A stretch of DNA of 64,000 bases from Candidatus Culexmicrobium cathedralense (GCA_025061115.1 JANZKC010000001.1:672001-736000), one strand, 5' to 3'; numbered from the stretch's first letter, positions 39,499 through 49,983 are shown. Translations and numbers: made by a program. The notes: a model not told the origin generated them from the sequence alone.

Positions 39499-40400
39499 CG
39501 CCTACTCTCCTCCAAAAGCGCTTTATAGTGCTCCCATTGCATGTCCACGAACTCTTGAAGCTTCTCAACATCCTCATCGCTCATCTTCGCGAATCTACCT
39601 TGAAGCTTCAAGTACTCCCTAATCGGCTTCCTCCTAGCCTTATCAATTAGCGCTGCGCTAGGCCCAGTCAACCTGAATACTCCATTCTCAATTTCATATA
39701 GAGCCCACATTCCAGTTAGAACTGCAAGCCTTCCAACCTCAACGGTCTTCTCGCTTGGAAACCTCCAGCCTGGAGGGCATGGAGCTAATAGGTGAATGTA
39801 CTTGGTGCCCCTATACTTGGCTGCCTTCCTAACCTTAGCAATGAAGTCAAGCGGGTAGGCTACGCATGCAGTTGCAATGTATGGCAAGTTGTGGGCCGCC
39901 ATGATCATTGGAACATCCTTCTTGAACTCCTTCTTGCCAGTCCAAGTGGTAGTTGTCCACGCTCCATATGGAGTGGCTCCACTCCTCTGAATTCCAGTGT
40001 TCATGTAAGCCTCATTATCGTAGCAAATGTAGATTATGTTGTCACCCCTCTCAGCAGCTCCACTCAAAGCCTGAATACCAATGTCGGCCGTTCCACCATC
40101 GCCGGCCCAGACAACCACGTGAACGTCCTTCTCGCCCTTAACCTCCAATCCAGCAGCAACTCCAGAAGCCGTAGCCGCCGAAGCCGCGAAGGCTATGTTT
40201 AGCACTGGAAAGTTGGCTGCAGTTTTGGGGAAAGCTCCCTGAATGATCGTTGAGCAGCATGCAGGCACAACCAAAATTAGCTTTCCGCCCAAGGCTTTTC
40301 CAAGCATTCTCAATCCAAGTGAAGCTGGGCATCCAGGGCAGGAGGCATTTCCAGCTAAAAGGTACTCCTCAACAGGCAAGTCCTTAACTGTAATTCTCAT
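39486..40400 (-). CDS. porB: 2-oxoacid (pyruvate/ketoisovalerate):ferredoxin oxidoreductase beta subunit
   Basis: CPGC, GDGGTADIG, DNEAYMNTGIQRS, PCP.GW. Confidence 0.92.
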   Translation of the reverse strand: MRITVKDLPVEEYLLAGNASCPGCPASLGLRMLGKALGGKLILVVPACCSTIIQGAFPKTAANFPVLNIAFAASAATASGVAAGLEVKGEKDVHVVVWAGDGGTADIGIQALSGAAERGDNIIYICYDNEAYMNTGIQRSGATPYGAWTTTTWTGKKEFKKDVPMIMAAHNLPYIATACVAYPLDFIAKVRKAAKYRGTKYIHLLAPCPPGWRFPSEKTVEVGRLAVLTGMWALYEIENGVFRLTGPSAALIDKARRKPIREYLKLQGRFAKMSDEDVEKLQEFVDMQWEHYKALLEESRRQGE

Positions 40401-41590
40401 GGAATCACCTCCCTCTTCAAGTTAATCCATATTGGAGGCTGCTCTCCAAGCCCCTTCTCGATGATTTCGTAGAGCTTCTTGCCGACCGAAATGAAATCTT
40501 TGACTGTGACGTCCCTACCTCCAAGTCCAGCAATGAAGTTTTGGGCAGTAACTTTAAGCCCCTGCAGGGCGGACTTAATCTCGCCATGCAGAATGCCGCT
40601 ATAGCCATAGCTGTAATTCCTATCCACAATTGCAACTGCCTTGAATCCACTGCAAATGCTCCTCAGCTCCTCAGTTGGAAATGGCCTGATGGTCCTCATT
40701 TTTATGGCGCCAATCCGGTAGCCTTCATCCCTCAGAATGTCAACTGCATCCTTAGCATCTCCAGCCGAAGACCCCATGGTAATTATGGCTGCATCAGCAT
40801 CGCTGCACCGATACGCTTCAACTAGGCTGTCATAGTACCTTCCAGTCATTTTCCCATACTCTTTACCAGCTTCAACAATCACCTTCTTAGCCCTCTCCAT
40901 GGCCATAGCTATCTGATAGCGAAACTCCATCAGCCAGTCGGGGTAGGTCAGGTTTCCATGGGTAACTGGATTTGAGGGATCGAGAACGTATGGCAGCTTT
41001 CTAGCTCCTGGAGGAGGCAGGTAGTTGTCGACTTCAGACTGCTCAGGCATGATAACTGGAGCAGCAGTGTGGGATAGGATGAAGGCATCTAGAGTTACCA
41101 TTGCAGGCTGAAGAACCCTCTCATCCTCGGAAATCCTGAAGGCTTGAATCGTCAAGTCAAATGCTTCCTGATTATCCTCAGCGAAGAATATTATCCAGCC
41201 GCAGTCCCTATGGGCTAAAACGTCATTGTGCTCGGTCCAAATGGACCATGGAGGCCCAATGGCCCTGGTGACGATTGCCATCACCATTGGGTACCTGCCC
41301 ATCCCAGCCCACCAAACCATCTCGGACATGTATAGTAGGCCTTGGGATGCAGTTGCAGTGAAAACCCTAGCTCCAGTAGCCGAAGCCCCTATGCATGCAG
41401 CCATGGCGCTGTGCTCGCTCTCAACCCTAATGTACTTTGCATTCAGCTCTCCAGATTCAACAAACTGAGCCAACTTCTCAACAATCGTCGTCTGAGGCGT
41501 TATTGGGTAGGCGGCTATTACTTGAGCTCTAGAAAGCTTGACGGCATGAGCCACCGCATAATTTCCAGTTAAAACCTTACTTACAACCAT
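40397..41590 (-). CDS. porA: 2-oxoacid:ferredoxin oxidoreductase alpha subunit
   Basis: AYPITPQT, ESEHSA, TATASQGL, RPFP, GLGGRD. Confidence 0.93.
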   Translation of the reverse strand: MVVSKVLTGNYAVAHAVKLSRAQVIAAYPITPQTTIVEKLAQFVESGELNAKYIRVESEHSAMAACIGASATGARVFTATASQGLLYMSEMVWWAGMGRYPMVMAIVTRAIGPPWSIWTEHNDVLAHRDCGWIIFFAEDNQEAFDLTIQAFRISEDERVLQPAMVTLDAFILSHTAAPVIMPEQSEVDNYLPPPGARKLPYVLDPSNPVTHGNLTYPDWLMEFRYQIAMAMERAKKVIVEAGKEYGKMTGRYYDSLVEAYRCSDADAAIITMGSSAGDAKDAVDILRDEGYRIGAIKMRTIRPFPTEELRSICSGFKAVAIVDRNYSYGYSGILHGEIKSALQGLKVTAQNFIAGLGGRDVTVKDFISVGKKLYEIIEKGLGEQPPIWINLKREVIP

Positions 41591-41594
41591 ACCT

Positions 41595-41882
41595 TCACTC
41601 CTCCAAAACCATTTCTATAGCTTTAGCTGGACACTCATTAGCGCAAACCCCACAGCCCTTACAGTAGTCATAGTCGACCTCAACGCTCATCAAGTCCTCC
41701 CCAACCCTCTTAATAGCGCCCTCAGGGCAGTAGAGCCAGCATAAAAGGCAGTGGCGGCACTTAGACTGATCAATTACAGGCTTAAATGACCTCCAAATTC
41801 CAGTTAACCCTACAGCTCCCCTCGTGGGCTTGGAAAGTGGGGTTAAGGGTAACTTTTCAATACTCAAACCTAACCCTCCCAA
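41595..41882 (-). CDS. porD: 2-oxoacid:ferredoxin oxidoreductase delta subunit
   Basis: TG.WR, C..C..CW.YCPE, DYDYCKGCGVCANECP. Confidence 0.92.
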   Translation of the reverse strand: MGGLGLSIEKLPLTPLSKPTRGAVGLTGIWRSFKPVIDQSKCRHCLLCWLYCPEGAIKRVGEDLMSVEVDYDYCKGCGVCANECPAKAIEMVLEE

Positions 41883-42436
41883 ATAACAATTGAATCGTAA
41901 GCTAATTTGGCGGCTTCAGCATTCAACTCTCCAAGCTTACCTGACCAAGCACTGGTAATCGCCTTGACAACGGAGTCTATTGAGACTATGCCGGTGGCCT
42001 TAGCTACTGCTCCAACCATGGCAGTGTTAACTGCTGGGAAGCCTGCAAAGTAGAGTCCAAGTTTAACTGCAATTCCAGTTGCATCCACAGTTCCAACTTT
42101 AAAGCCCTTGTAGCCGAGCTCCTCAGGCCTCCTCTTATCATTGACTATTAGGATGCCGCCCTTCTTCAATCCGTGGAGAACGTCAACTACACCGAATATC
42201 TTGGGGTCAAACACTACGACAACGTCAGGCTCATAGATTTGACTGTGCCTCCTAATGGGCTCGCTGGAAATCCTGGAAAACGCTTGAACAGGAGCACCTC
42301 TACGCTCAGCGCCAAACATTGGGATGCTCTGTCCCCACTTGCCCTCAATGAAGGCTGCTTCAACAAGAAGCCTAGACGCTGTAACTACTCCCTGACCGCC
42401 TCTACCATGAAATCTAACTTCGAAAAGCCGCAACAA
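41870..42436 (-). CDS. porG: 2-oxoacid:ferredoxin oxidoreductase gamma subunit
   Basis: HGRGGQG, FGAERRGAPV, NTAMVGA. Confidence 0.92.
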   Translation of the reverse strand: MLRLFEVRFHGRGGQGVVTASRLLVEAAFIEGKWGQSIPMFGAERRGAPVQAFSRISSEPIRRHSQIYEPDVVVVFDPKIFGVVDVLHGLKKGGILIVNDKRRPEELGYKGFKVGTVDATGIAVKLGLYFAGFPAVNTAMVGAVAKATGIVSIDSVVKAITSAWSGKLGELNAEAAKLAYDSIVIWEG

Positions 42437-42662
42437 ATAGTATCATTCCCCGAGCCACCCTATTTAGACAAACACCTAAAAATTTTACGATAAAAGATTA
42501 AAATCAATAGACAAAGCAACGTAATATAATATATCAGCGCTCAACAAGCACCAACCCAAACCAGCCGCACCACCCGACAATAAACCTAAACAGACCAGCA
42601 GTAATATAAATACGAAAAAACTTATCCGAAAAGGCAACAAATACTAGTCAGGTGACAGTCGA

Positions 42663-42740
42663 GCGGCGGTCGTCTAGCCTGGACTAGGACGTGGGCCTTC
42701 CACGCCCAGGACCCGGGTTCGAATCCCGGCCGCCGCACCA
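42663..42740 (+). tRNA. tRNA-Gly(TCC)
   Basis: GCGGCGG/CCGCCGC acceptor stem, TGGGC-CT TCC AC-GCCCA anticodon arm, GGTTCGAATCC, encoded CCA. Confidence 0.96.
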
Positions 42741-42867
42741 CCCAATCATCAGCTCAGCTGGTGTTTGTGGATCAGCTTCTAATAGGATTGGATGTTTAAG
42801 TTATCCATTAATTTTCTTCTCATCTGAACACTTAATTCTGAAAATGCTTGATGAAGAAAATTGTCAG

Positions 42868-42914
42868 TAGTTATATAACAACCGTCAACTTTTTTAACGG
42901 TTGTTATATAACTA
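42868..42914. promoter_or_regulatory. Perfect 18-bp inverted repeat, AbiEi-type operator
   Basis: TAGTTATATAACAACCGT-N11-ACGGTTGTTATATAACTA, ending 5 bp before ATG 42920. Confidence 0.85.
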
Positions 42915-42919
42915 TTCGT

Positions 42920-43549
42920 ATGAAACTAGCGACTAGGTACCTGCTCTCGGAGTATGGGGGCAGGGTTGTAACTAGAATTGAGCTCGTTGACCTGTGCGAG
43001 AGATTTAGGATAGACCTTGATTATTTCATAAACCATGCTATTAGGTATGGTTACGTGGTCAGGATACTCAGAGGCTTATATTACGTTAAGACTGTTGAGG
43101 AGTTCAAGCTTAGGAAGAGCCTAAACCCCTTAAGAGTACTGTCCCTTGGGATGAAGAGGCTGGGGATTAAGTGGTATTTCGGTCTTTACACTGCACTGAG
43201 GCTTAGTGGTGTAACGCATGAGTACTATGATGTAACTTTCGTGATAAGCCACTCTCTCTTTAGGCCTAGGCCTATTAAAATCGCAGGAGAGAATGTAAGG
43301 TTCGTAAAAATTAAGCCCAGTTTGGTAAACTTCGGCCTTGTCAAGAGAAAAGAGTTAGTATACTCAGACCTTGAGAAAACCCTGCTGGACTTCCTGTACC
43401 TGTCTAAGTATGGCAGGATAACGCGTAGAGAGGCTCTAGACGTACTTAGAGAGTATTCGGAGAGAGCTAGCAGGGAGAAGCTTGCCAAATATGTTATTCA
43501 CTACCCCAAAACCATCAAGGAGGTTCTAGTTGATGAAGGGATTCTCTGA
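42920..43549 (+). CDS. AbiEi-like type IV antitoxin / transcriptional regulator
   Basis: GYVVRILRGLY wHTH, YFGLYTAL..G, YSDLEKTLLDFLY; start reassigned downstream of the operator. Confidence 0.8.
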   Translation: MKLATRYLLSEYGGRVVTRIELVDLCERFRIDLDYFINHAIRYGYVVRILRGLYYVKTVEEFKLRKSLNPLRVLSLGMKRLGIKWYFGLYTALRLSGVTHEYYDVTFVISHSLFRPRPIKIAGENVRFVKIKPSLVNFGLVKRKELVYSDLEKTLLDFLYLSKYGRITRREALDVLREYSERASREKLAKYVIHYPKTIKEVLVDEGIL

Positions 43550-44447
43550 GTTCATTCAGTTCATAATAGAGAAAACAGGGCTTAACAAACCCTTGTTAGT
43601 GGAGAAAGATGTGTTACTACACTTACTGCTTTACAAGCTCTCCCAGGACGAGAAGTTCGGAAGCGAATACTTGTTTAAGGGAGGCTCGTGCCTTGTGAAG
43701 TGCTACTTCGGCTACTATAGGTTCAGCGTAGATCTAGACTTCACATACTCGCATCAAGAAAGGTGGGAAGGCCTCTCTAAGTCCGAGAGAAGGAGAGAGC
43801 TGGTCTCTGAGGCTGAGCAACTAGCTCGACTGTTAAAAGAAGCCTCCAGCGGCTTAGGTTTTGAATTTATTGCAGATATTAGGAATAGGAGGTTCGTGGA
43901 GTTCGGTAGTGGGTCTAGGCTTGTCACTTACAAGCTATATCATAGAGGAGAGTTATTGAAAATTCAGGTTAATCTGGCTGAAGAGTTGCTCTTCAAACCT
44001 CAGAAGCGTAAGGTTAGGAACCTTCTTGAGGGTATAAGCGTCACGGACGAGGAGAAAGCATACTTCAGAGAGCTTCTGGATGAGTATAAAGCGTTTGAGT
44101 TGCAGACCTACGACTTAAGGGAGATTCTCTGTGAGAAAGTTAGAGCTGTACTTACCAGGAGAGTACAGAAGCTAAGAGACTTCTACGACCTCTACATGCT
44201 TGAGAAAGCTAAGCTGAAGGTAGAAGATTATGTAGATAAAATAGTGCGTAAGCTGAAGCCCATTCTTAGATATAAGAGATACAGGGAGAATTTCGAGAGA
44301 AACAGAGGGAAGCTTAGCGTAACTCTAGAATCAATGATGAATAGTTATGAGCTGTCCCTGTTCATAAAGCAGCCAGATCGAGAAGAGTTCAGGCAATTCC
44401 TAGACGACCTAGGCGAAAAATTGAGAGAAGTCATGAAAAGCATTTAA
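43530..44447 (+). CDS. AbiEii/DUF1814 nucleotidyltransferase toxin
   Basis: VEKD, FKGGSCL, RFSVDLDF, EKVRA, RDFYDL. Confidence 0.9.
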   Translation: MMKGFSEFIQFIIEKTGLNKPLLVEKDVLLHLLLYKLSQDEKFGSEYLFKGGSCLVKCYFGYYRFSVDLDFTYSHQERWEGLSKSERRRELVSEAEQLARLLKEASSGLGFEFIADIRNRRFVEFGSGSRLVTYKLYHRGELLKIQVNLAEELLFKPQKRKVRNLLEGISVTDEEKAYFRELLDEYKAFELQTYDLREILCEKVRAVLTRRVQKLRDFYDLYMLEKAKLKVEDYVDKIVRKLKPILRYKRYRENFERNRGKLSVTLESMMNSYELSLFIKQPDREEFRQFLDDLGEKLREVMKSI

Positions 44448-44563
44448 GTTTAGGCAGATCATACAGGCAATTGCCTATTTACATTTAGATCCCCTACTCC
44501 TCTAAGTTCTGTAGTAGTTGAGAACTCTATATCTTTGCATAAGTGAAACTTAAATTCTACTTA

Positions 44564-46996
44564 TTAGAATTCTTCGTATCCTTTTAGTGGCTCTACTTTG
44601 CAGTAGTGGGATAGTAGTTGTTTCATTATTGTTCTCATTTCTGTCATGATTAGTGCTGGTGGGAGGTCGAGTAGGTCGCATACGTCTTGCCAGCTTTTTG
44701 CCTGGAGTATTTTTGCTATTAGCATTAGTTTCTGATGTTTGGTTAGTTTGGGCCGCCTTTCTTCTATGTCGTAGAAGTAGCATTTGGCAAGCTCATGTGT
44801 TCCGTCTACTACTCCCTCTAGAGTCATGGGTCCCCATGCGTAGATTCTGAGCCTTTCGATTTGAACTTTGGTGAGGCGTGGGGTGATTTCTTCTTCGACT
44901 GGCATTCCCCATCCTTGGAGCAGTAGGTAGGCTATTTCGGTTTCTAGGTCTCTGTAGGTGTCGTGTAGTGAGTTTATTAGTCTTCGCCTGAACTCCTTGT
45001 TGGCTTCTAAGACGTATTTTGCGACTTCATCCTTTAGTGGCTTTATTACTATGACGGTGTACTCTCCGCTTATTGGGTTTCTGTCTGGGCTTATGTGGAT
45101 TGGTATGAAGCCGTTTTTGATCCAGAAGCGTAGTAGGCTTTCTGATACTCCGAATCCAGCGCCTACCCAGTCGTATCCTTTCTCCTTGGCTTCCCTGCAT
45201 ACTTCTCTTAGCATCATCGATCCTATTCCTCTGCCCATGAGTTGGATGTGGGTGGCGATTCTAACTATTCTCCATCCGACGTATTTGCCGAATTCGGTTG
45301 TTCTGAAGTGCTTGATGAATCGGTCTGGAATTATGTTTCCTTGTATTTTTGCTCCTAGTAGGAGTTCTTTGCCCACTTCTTTGGGGATGGGCCCTTCCTC
45401 GGCTAGTTCAATGCTGCAGACTATTTTGCCTGTTGGTGTTTTTAGCGCTCTTATTTCGTGGTGTGGAGCATCTGCAATCATTGCTAGGTCTTTGGGCTGA
45501 TTTCTGTAGTGGGCTAATACGTAAATGCCTATGAACTGCCTGAGCTCGTTGTCGTTTTTGAAGAATAGGTCTTCAAGGTTTAGCTTGACGTAGTTGAGCT
45601 TGAGTTCCTTAATGAACTTCAAGTCTTCTTCAGTTATGTCTGCAGGCTCAGCGTCGAGCATTAGCGTGTCGAAGAGCCACCTCTCAATTGGATCGTCCCT
45701 AGCATATCTGATGGGCTCAGTCATTTCGTACTCTACGACTTTGGTTTGCGGATCTTCCTTTAGGGCTTTGAGGAAGCGAACTGAGAATCCTCTTCCCGCA
45801 CCTTCATATCCGTGAATTGTGGATGAGAATACTAGCCGCCTAAACGCCCTCCATATGGCGTATAGCATTGGAACTGGCAGGCCGGCCGCCTCATCAACAG
45901 CTACTACGTCTGCCCTCCTGGTAACCGCGTCGAGAGGCTCCCTATACTCGATTATTATCTGCCTAGTTTCAATTCTGACGATCATGCCTCCTCTTCGGAG
46001 AACTTTAACGTTCTTGTAGCCCAGCGCTTTGAATGCTTTGAGAGCTAACTCCATTAATGGCTGAATGTTTGTTGGGCTGGGAGCGGTGACCAGCACTTTT
46101 ACTGGAATCTTCTTTAAGCTTATAGCTCTAGCTAAGGCGACAAGCCCTATGCCCACCGAGCAGGACTTGCCTCTACCCCTATCTGCAGTTATGACTACAG
46201 CGAGTCTTCCCTTGGGCCTGTCAATCAGCTTTTCGAAAAGCCTTAAAACTTCAACTTGATCTTGGGTTAAAGCTAATCTGAATATTTTAAGTGAAAATGG
46301 GCTTCTCTTGGGGAGCTTGATCTTCTTGCGCTTCAACTTAACTGAGCGCTTAACGCCTATGAGCTTGAAGGGCTTTATGAAGCAGCCTTCGTCCGAATCG
46401 TAAACTCCAATACCATCATATTCGAGGAGCTTCTTGATGAAGCGCCTAGTGAATATGTCTCTAACGGTCGAAACGGGGTATTGTATGGTTGCAAGCTCAC
46501 GCCTAAATCTCGTCACCACCCTAGGCCAAGACTTGATGGATGGAGCCAGCAGAACTATTAATCCGCCTCCACGGACAATTCCAGTCAATCTGCCCACGTC
46601 ATTTGGATTTAAGTCGTTGATCAAGTCGAGGACTGCAATATCGAAGGTCGCTCCCAGTACGGTTTCAGTCTCCTTGTAATTGATGACTTTAAGTTCAACC
46701 CTACCATCGAGCTCGTCGGCAAACTCCCCTACGAGTTGAAGCCTACTTGCAGCGTCATCGTAAAATGAGTGATAGGCATATAGCACTTCAACCCTATCTT
46801 TATGCCTTAAAATTGAATTGCAAGCTTCTACGAGCATCTCCCTCGCTGCCGTACAGAGCTTAACTTGATCATCGCCTGCGACAACTAGCATGCGCCTATG
46901 ATTAATTGCTGCGGCTTCCTCCAAAACTTGGCTCAGCGTAACTCTAGTCTTCACTGAAGCACCTCCAAAAGCAGTGGATGTCGCTGCTAATTGCAC
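44564..46996 (-). CDS. tmcA: tRNA/rRNA cytidine N4-acetyltransferase TmcA/Nat10
   Basis: TADRGRGKS, DEAA, STIHGYEGAGRGF, HYRNQP.DL, RIVRIATH...GRGIGS. Confidence 0.95.
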   Translation of the reverse strand: MQLAATSTAFGGASVKTRVTLSQVLEEAAAINHRRMLVVAGDDQVKLCTAAREMLVEACNSILRHKDRVEVLYAYHSFYDDAASRLQLVGEFADELDGRVELKVINYKETETVLGATFDIAVLDLINDLNPNDVGRLTGIVRGGGLIVLLAPSIKSWPRVVTRFRRELATIQYPVSTVRDIFTRRFIKKLLEYDGIGVYDSDEGCFIKPFKLIGVKRSVKLKRKKIKLPKRSPFSLKIFRLALTQDQVEVLRLFEKLIDRPKGRLAVVITADRGRGKSCSVGIGLVALARAISLKKIPVKVLVTAPSPTNIQPLMELALKAFKALGYKNVKVLRRGGMIVRIETRQIIIEYREPLDAVTRRADVVAVDEAAGLPVPMLYAIWRAFRRLVFSSTIHGYEGAGRGFSVRFLKALKEDPQTKVVEYEMTEPIRYARDDPIERWLFDTLMLDAEPADITEEDLKFIKELKLNYVKLNLEDLFFKNDNELRQFIGIYVLAHYRNQPKDLAMIADAPHHEIRALKTPTGKIVCSIELAEEGPIPKEVGKELLLGAKIQGNIIPDRFIKHFRTTEFGKYVGWRIVRIATHIQLMGRGIGSMMLREVCREAKEKGYDWVGAGFGVSESLLRFWIKNGFIPIHISPDRNPISGEYTVIVIKPLKDEVAKYVLEANKEFRRRLINSLHDTYRDLETEIAYLLLQGWGMPVEEEITPRLTKVQIERLRIYAWGPMTLEGVVDGTHELAKCYFYDIEERRPKLTKHQKLMLIAKILQAKSWQDVCDLLDLPPALIMTEMRTIMKQLLSHYCKVEPLKGYEEF

Positions 46997-47193
46997 GAAA
47001 AATTACGAAAACAATCTTAAATACTTGTGGCGATAACCGAGCCCAAGTAGGCATAGCCAATCAACTTAAAGTTCAAGAGGGCAGCAACAATCACCCTCAT
47101 GAAGTAGCTTGCAGAGTTTGAATCGACAATGGAAATGCTGAGCGACCAGATTAAATTAGAATTTAAGAAGTAGTACTAGTAGCATTAGGTGGC

Positions 47194-47260
47194 ATGCATT
47201 TGCCCATCATCAAAGTTACCAGCAAATACCAAGTGATAATGCCTGAAAGCATAAGGGGTT
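47194..47260 (+). pseudogene. AbrB/MazE antitoxin 5' remnant
   Basis: MHLPIIKVTSKYQVIMPESIR, then similarity is lost. Confidence 0.55.
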
Positions 47261-47264
47261 CGGG

Positions 47265-47392
47265 TTTGATGGTTTTGATGTATTTTATTGCCACCCTTCC
47301 CCATCATCGAGGCTTCCACCTCTAATAGGGCTTTCGTGGTAACCTCCAGAAGAGCCCCGCATCCGAAGGTTTAGGGTTGCAACCACATCGAT
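47265..47392 (-). mobile_element. Possible IS200/IS605- or IS607-type tnpB 3' end / right-end remnant
   Basis: DVVATLNLRMRG resembles the RuvC-III DxxAxxNL motif; followed by GC-rich hairpin-forming sequence. Ends approximate. Confidence 0.45.
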
Positions 47393-47460
47393 AAAAAGTT
47401 CTACGTCTAATTTTGCGTAAGGGCTTAATGCATAATGAACCCTAGTTAAATTGATATGAG

Positions 47461-48414
47461 ATGTCCGAGTTGATGTCGATTCTTCTTCTCGGAACTCTAT
47501 CAACGTTTTTTGCGGAGGTGTTTTCAGGTGCATCTCACTTGTGGTTTATTGATCCGTGGGGGCTTCTAGTAACTTTGCCCCTATACTTATCCCACACGCT
47601 ATTTCTATTGAATTTAGCTGTTAAAACTGGAAGGACATCGTTGAGGCAGTTATATTATTGGGGAATGCTTTTTGGGCTTTACGAGTCGTGGATTACGAAG
47701 GTTTTGTGGGCAGGGTACTTCGATGCGGAGGGCCCAATGTTTGGAACCTTCCTAGGAGTAGCTTGGGCCGAATTCCTAACTCTCGTCCTTTTCTGGCATC
47801 CAGTGATGTCCTTCATCATTCCAATTTTAACCTACGAAGTTTTAAGCGGCGATTTCCTCCCAAACCATAGGCGATACTTGAGGAAGAGCAGGAGAAAGAC
47901 GCTGCTAATATTTTTAATTCTACTTATTGGCGCAAGCCTTCAAAGCACAAACTCCAAATATGATCTGGCAACTGCATTGGGATCAATGGCTGGCAGCATA
48001 GCGATAATATGTTTAATTAATAGAATAGCCAAGGAAAAGAAGTTGAAGTCCCTGGAGCTAAGCAATAAGGGGCTAATTCTCTTAGCAGCGTACTTAACCA
48101 TGCTTTACGCATCAACATTCTTCCTATTGCTTCCGGAGAGAATACCTAGAGGCATTGTTCCATGGACGCCAATCCTATTCTGGTATGCGCTTACGCTGCT
48201 ACTGCTTAAATACTCGAAGCCAAGCTTTGAGAAGGCTGATGCGGAAGGTGAAGTTTATGGTAAGGGAGACTTCTCTAAATATATGGTGACGCTGCTAATC
48301 CTCACAGCAGTGATGTGCATTTTCCCTCCAGTAAGTCAACTAATCGCAATAACCTTCGTACTTTCAATTATAGCTTTAAGCCCAATAATACTTATTGGAA
48401 CCCTCCTTAAGTGA
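47461..48414 (+). CDS. Polytopic membrane protein of unknown function
   Basis: About 10 TM helices; FFAEV, GLYESWITKVLW, FWHP. Confidence 0.8.
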   Translation: MSELMSILLLGTLSTFFAEVFSGASHLWFIDPWGLLVTLPLYLSHTLFLLNLAVKTGRTSLRQLYYWGMLFGLYESWITKVLWAGYFDAEGPMFGTFLGVAWAEFLTLVLFWHPVMSFIIPILTYEVLSGDFLPNHRRYLRKSRRKTLLIFLILLIGASLQSTNSKYDLATALGSMAGSIAIICLINRIAKEKKLKSLELSNKGLILLAAYLTMLYASTFFLLLPERIPRGIVPWTPILFWYALTLLLLKYSKPSFEKADAEGEVYGKGDFSKYMVTLLILTAVMCIFPPVSQLIAITFVLSIIALSPIILIGTLLK

Positions 48415-48450
48415 GTGGCAATCTTAGCTTACTAAGAGTAAGAGCTAAAC

Positions 48451-48918
48451 CTAATATATGTTGAAGCTTATTTCCAGCAGCTTCTTACTCCTTCTAAATC
48501 TAATCTTCTCTATGCGTATTTCACCTATCTCTCCAGTTGTCTTCGTATGCATTTTGTTGCATGCATTTATGTTCCAATCCTCAATGATCACGATTGTAAG
48601 TCTTTTCACGTGGCTTGGTACGGGGAATAAATCGTACATTTCATCTCCAAAAATTCTTTCAGCCTCTGCCCTATCCATCTCCACGACTTTGATTGGCACG
48701 TTTTCCATCACCTTCATATTGGATAAGCGCTCAATCTCCTTTACCTCATCCATGGTGGGCTTCCTATCAAACTTCACCGTCAACCTTCCATGATTTCCCT
48801 TCACATAGGTTGAGGCCGTCCACTTTGCGCCTAGAACTTTTCTCACAGCTCCTTTAACCACATGGAGAGCCGTGTGAGTTCTAACCTCCACATCCAATTG
48901 GCTCTTCGACACGGCCAT
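48451..48918 (-). CDS. alaXS: Free-standing alanyl-tRNA editing protein AlaX-S
   Basis: HTALH and C...H zinc motifs, TTGEIG, 155 aa. Confidence 0.9.
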   Translation of the reverse strand: MAVSKSQLDVEVRTHTALHVVKGAVRKVLGAKWTASTYVKGNHGRLTVKFDRKPTMDEVKEIERLSNMKVMENVPIKVVEMDRAEAERIFGDEMYDLFPVPSHVKRLTIVIIEDWNINACNKMHTKTTGEIGEIRIEKIRFRRSKKLLEISFNIY

Positions 48919-49009
48919 TCACCTAGGTTTAAGCTACTATTAAACTCATATGCGCTGCACTTTAAATTGGCTTTACTGCATTGAGCTATGATGAAAAGAG
49001 ATGTTAAGG

Positions 49010-49755
49010 CTAGAATGTGAATCTTCCGCCATTAATTCCCAGCGTCTGTCCAGTTATGGATCGCGATCGCTCTATGGCTGGGAAGTAGACTGCTTCAGCT
49101 ACATCTTCAGGTTTTGCAATATCCTTTAGTGGATGTAGATCTGCGACTCTTCTCCTCTTCTCAGGCGTGTCTATGAAAACTTTAACCATTTCAGTTTCAA
49201 TAAAGCTTGGCGTCACGGCGTTAACGCGTATCTTAGGAGCCAACTCAACCGCTAACCTCCTGGTTAACCCGATGACTCCAGCTTTAGATGCGCAGTAAAC
49301 TGCTGATGCAACTACATTCCCGTCTGACCAGCAATACTCGTCATGTTCACTATGCTGGCCCATGGAGCCCTCCTCAATAGGGGTAGGAAGTACTTTGTAG
49401 TTAGGAAGGCTCCAGTCAAATTAATCCTAATAACCCTCTCTCCCAATCCTCAAGCCTCGTCTCATCAATAGTTCCAAAGAATACTGCACCTGCATTATTG
49501 ACAAGCACGTTCAGGTAGGGAATTCTCCTCGAAACTTCATCGAAGCCCCTCTTAACGCTACTCTCACTAGATACGTCCATTTGGATGTAGAAGCCATTTG
49601 CACCCATCTCCTCAATGAGCTTCAACGTCTCGTCAGATGCACTCCTATTCCTATGATATGAAAAGGCGACGGTGAAATTCGACCTGGCAAATCTAAGCAC
49701 TATGGCGCGTCCAATTCCTCGATCGCCACCAGTAACAAAAACGTAATTCTAGTCA
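49010..49755 (-). pseudogene. FabG-like short-chain dehydrogenase with several frameshifts
   Basis: FVTGGDRGIG, VNNAG, YCASK, IRVNAV, ITGQ..INGG spread over different frames. Confidence 0.85.
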
Positions 49756-49983
49756 AAATCCTACTAAATAAAAAGTAGTACGTATGGAAGTTAAATGCTT
49801 GATGAAATGCTTACAGCGCGAAAACCCATAAACTTAACCCATCAACCTAATGGCATCAGCAGCTTGCCAGGAAATTGAGGTTCAAGATAGAAAAGTTTAT
49901 GAAATTAATGAGGGGACTCTAACAATAGACCGAAACCGCAGGGGTTAGGAGTAACACCATTAACGTGATTAAGTAACGCATTT

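Noticed and set aside
44448-44563. attR (tRNA-Gly 3' duplication) closing the AbiE insert
   Set aside because: No tRNA fragment found.
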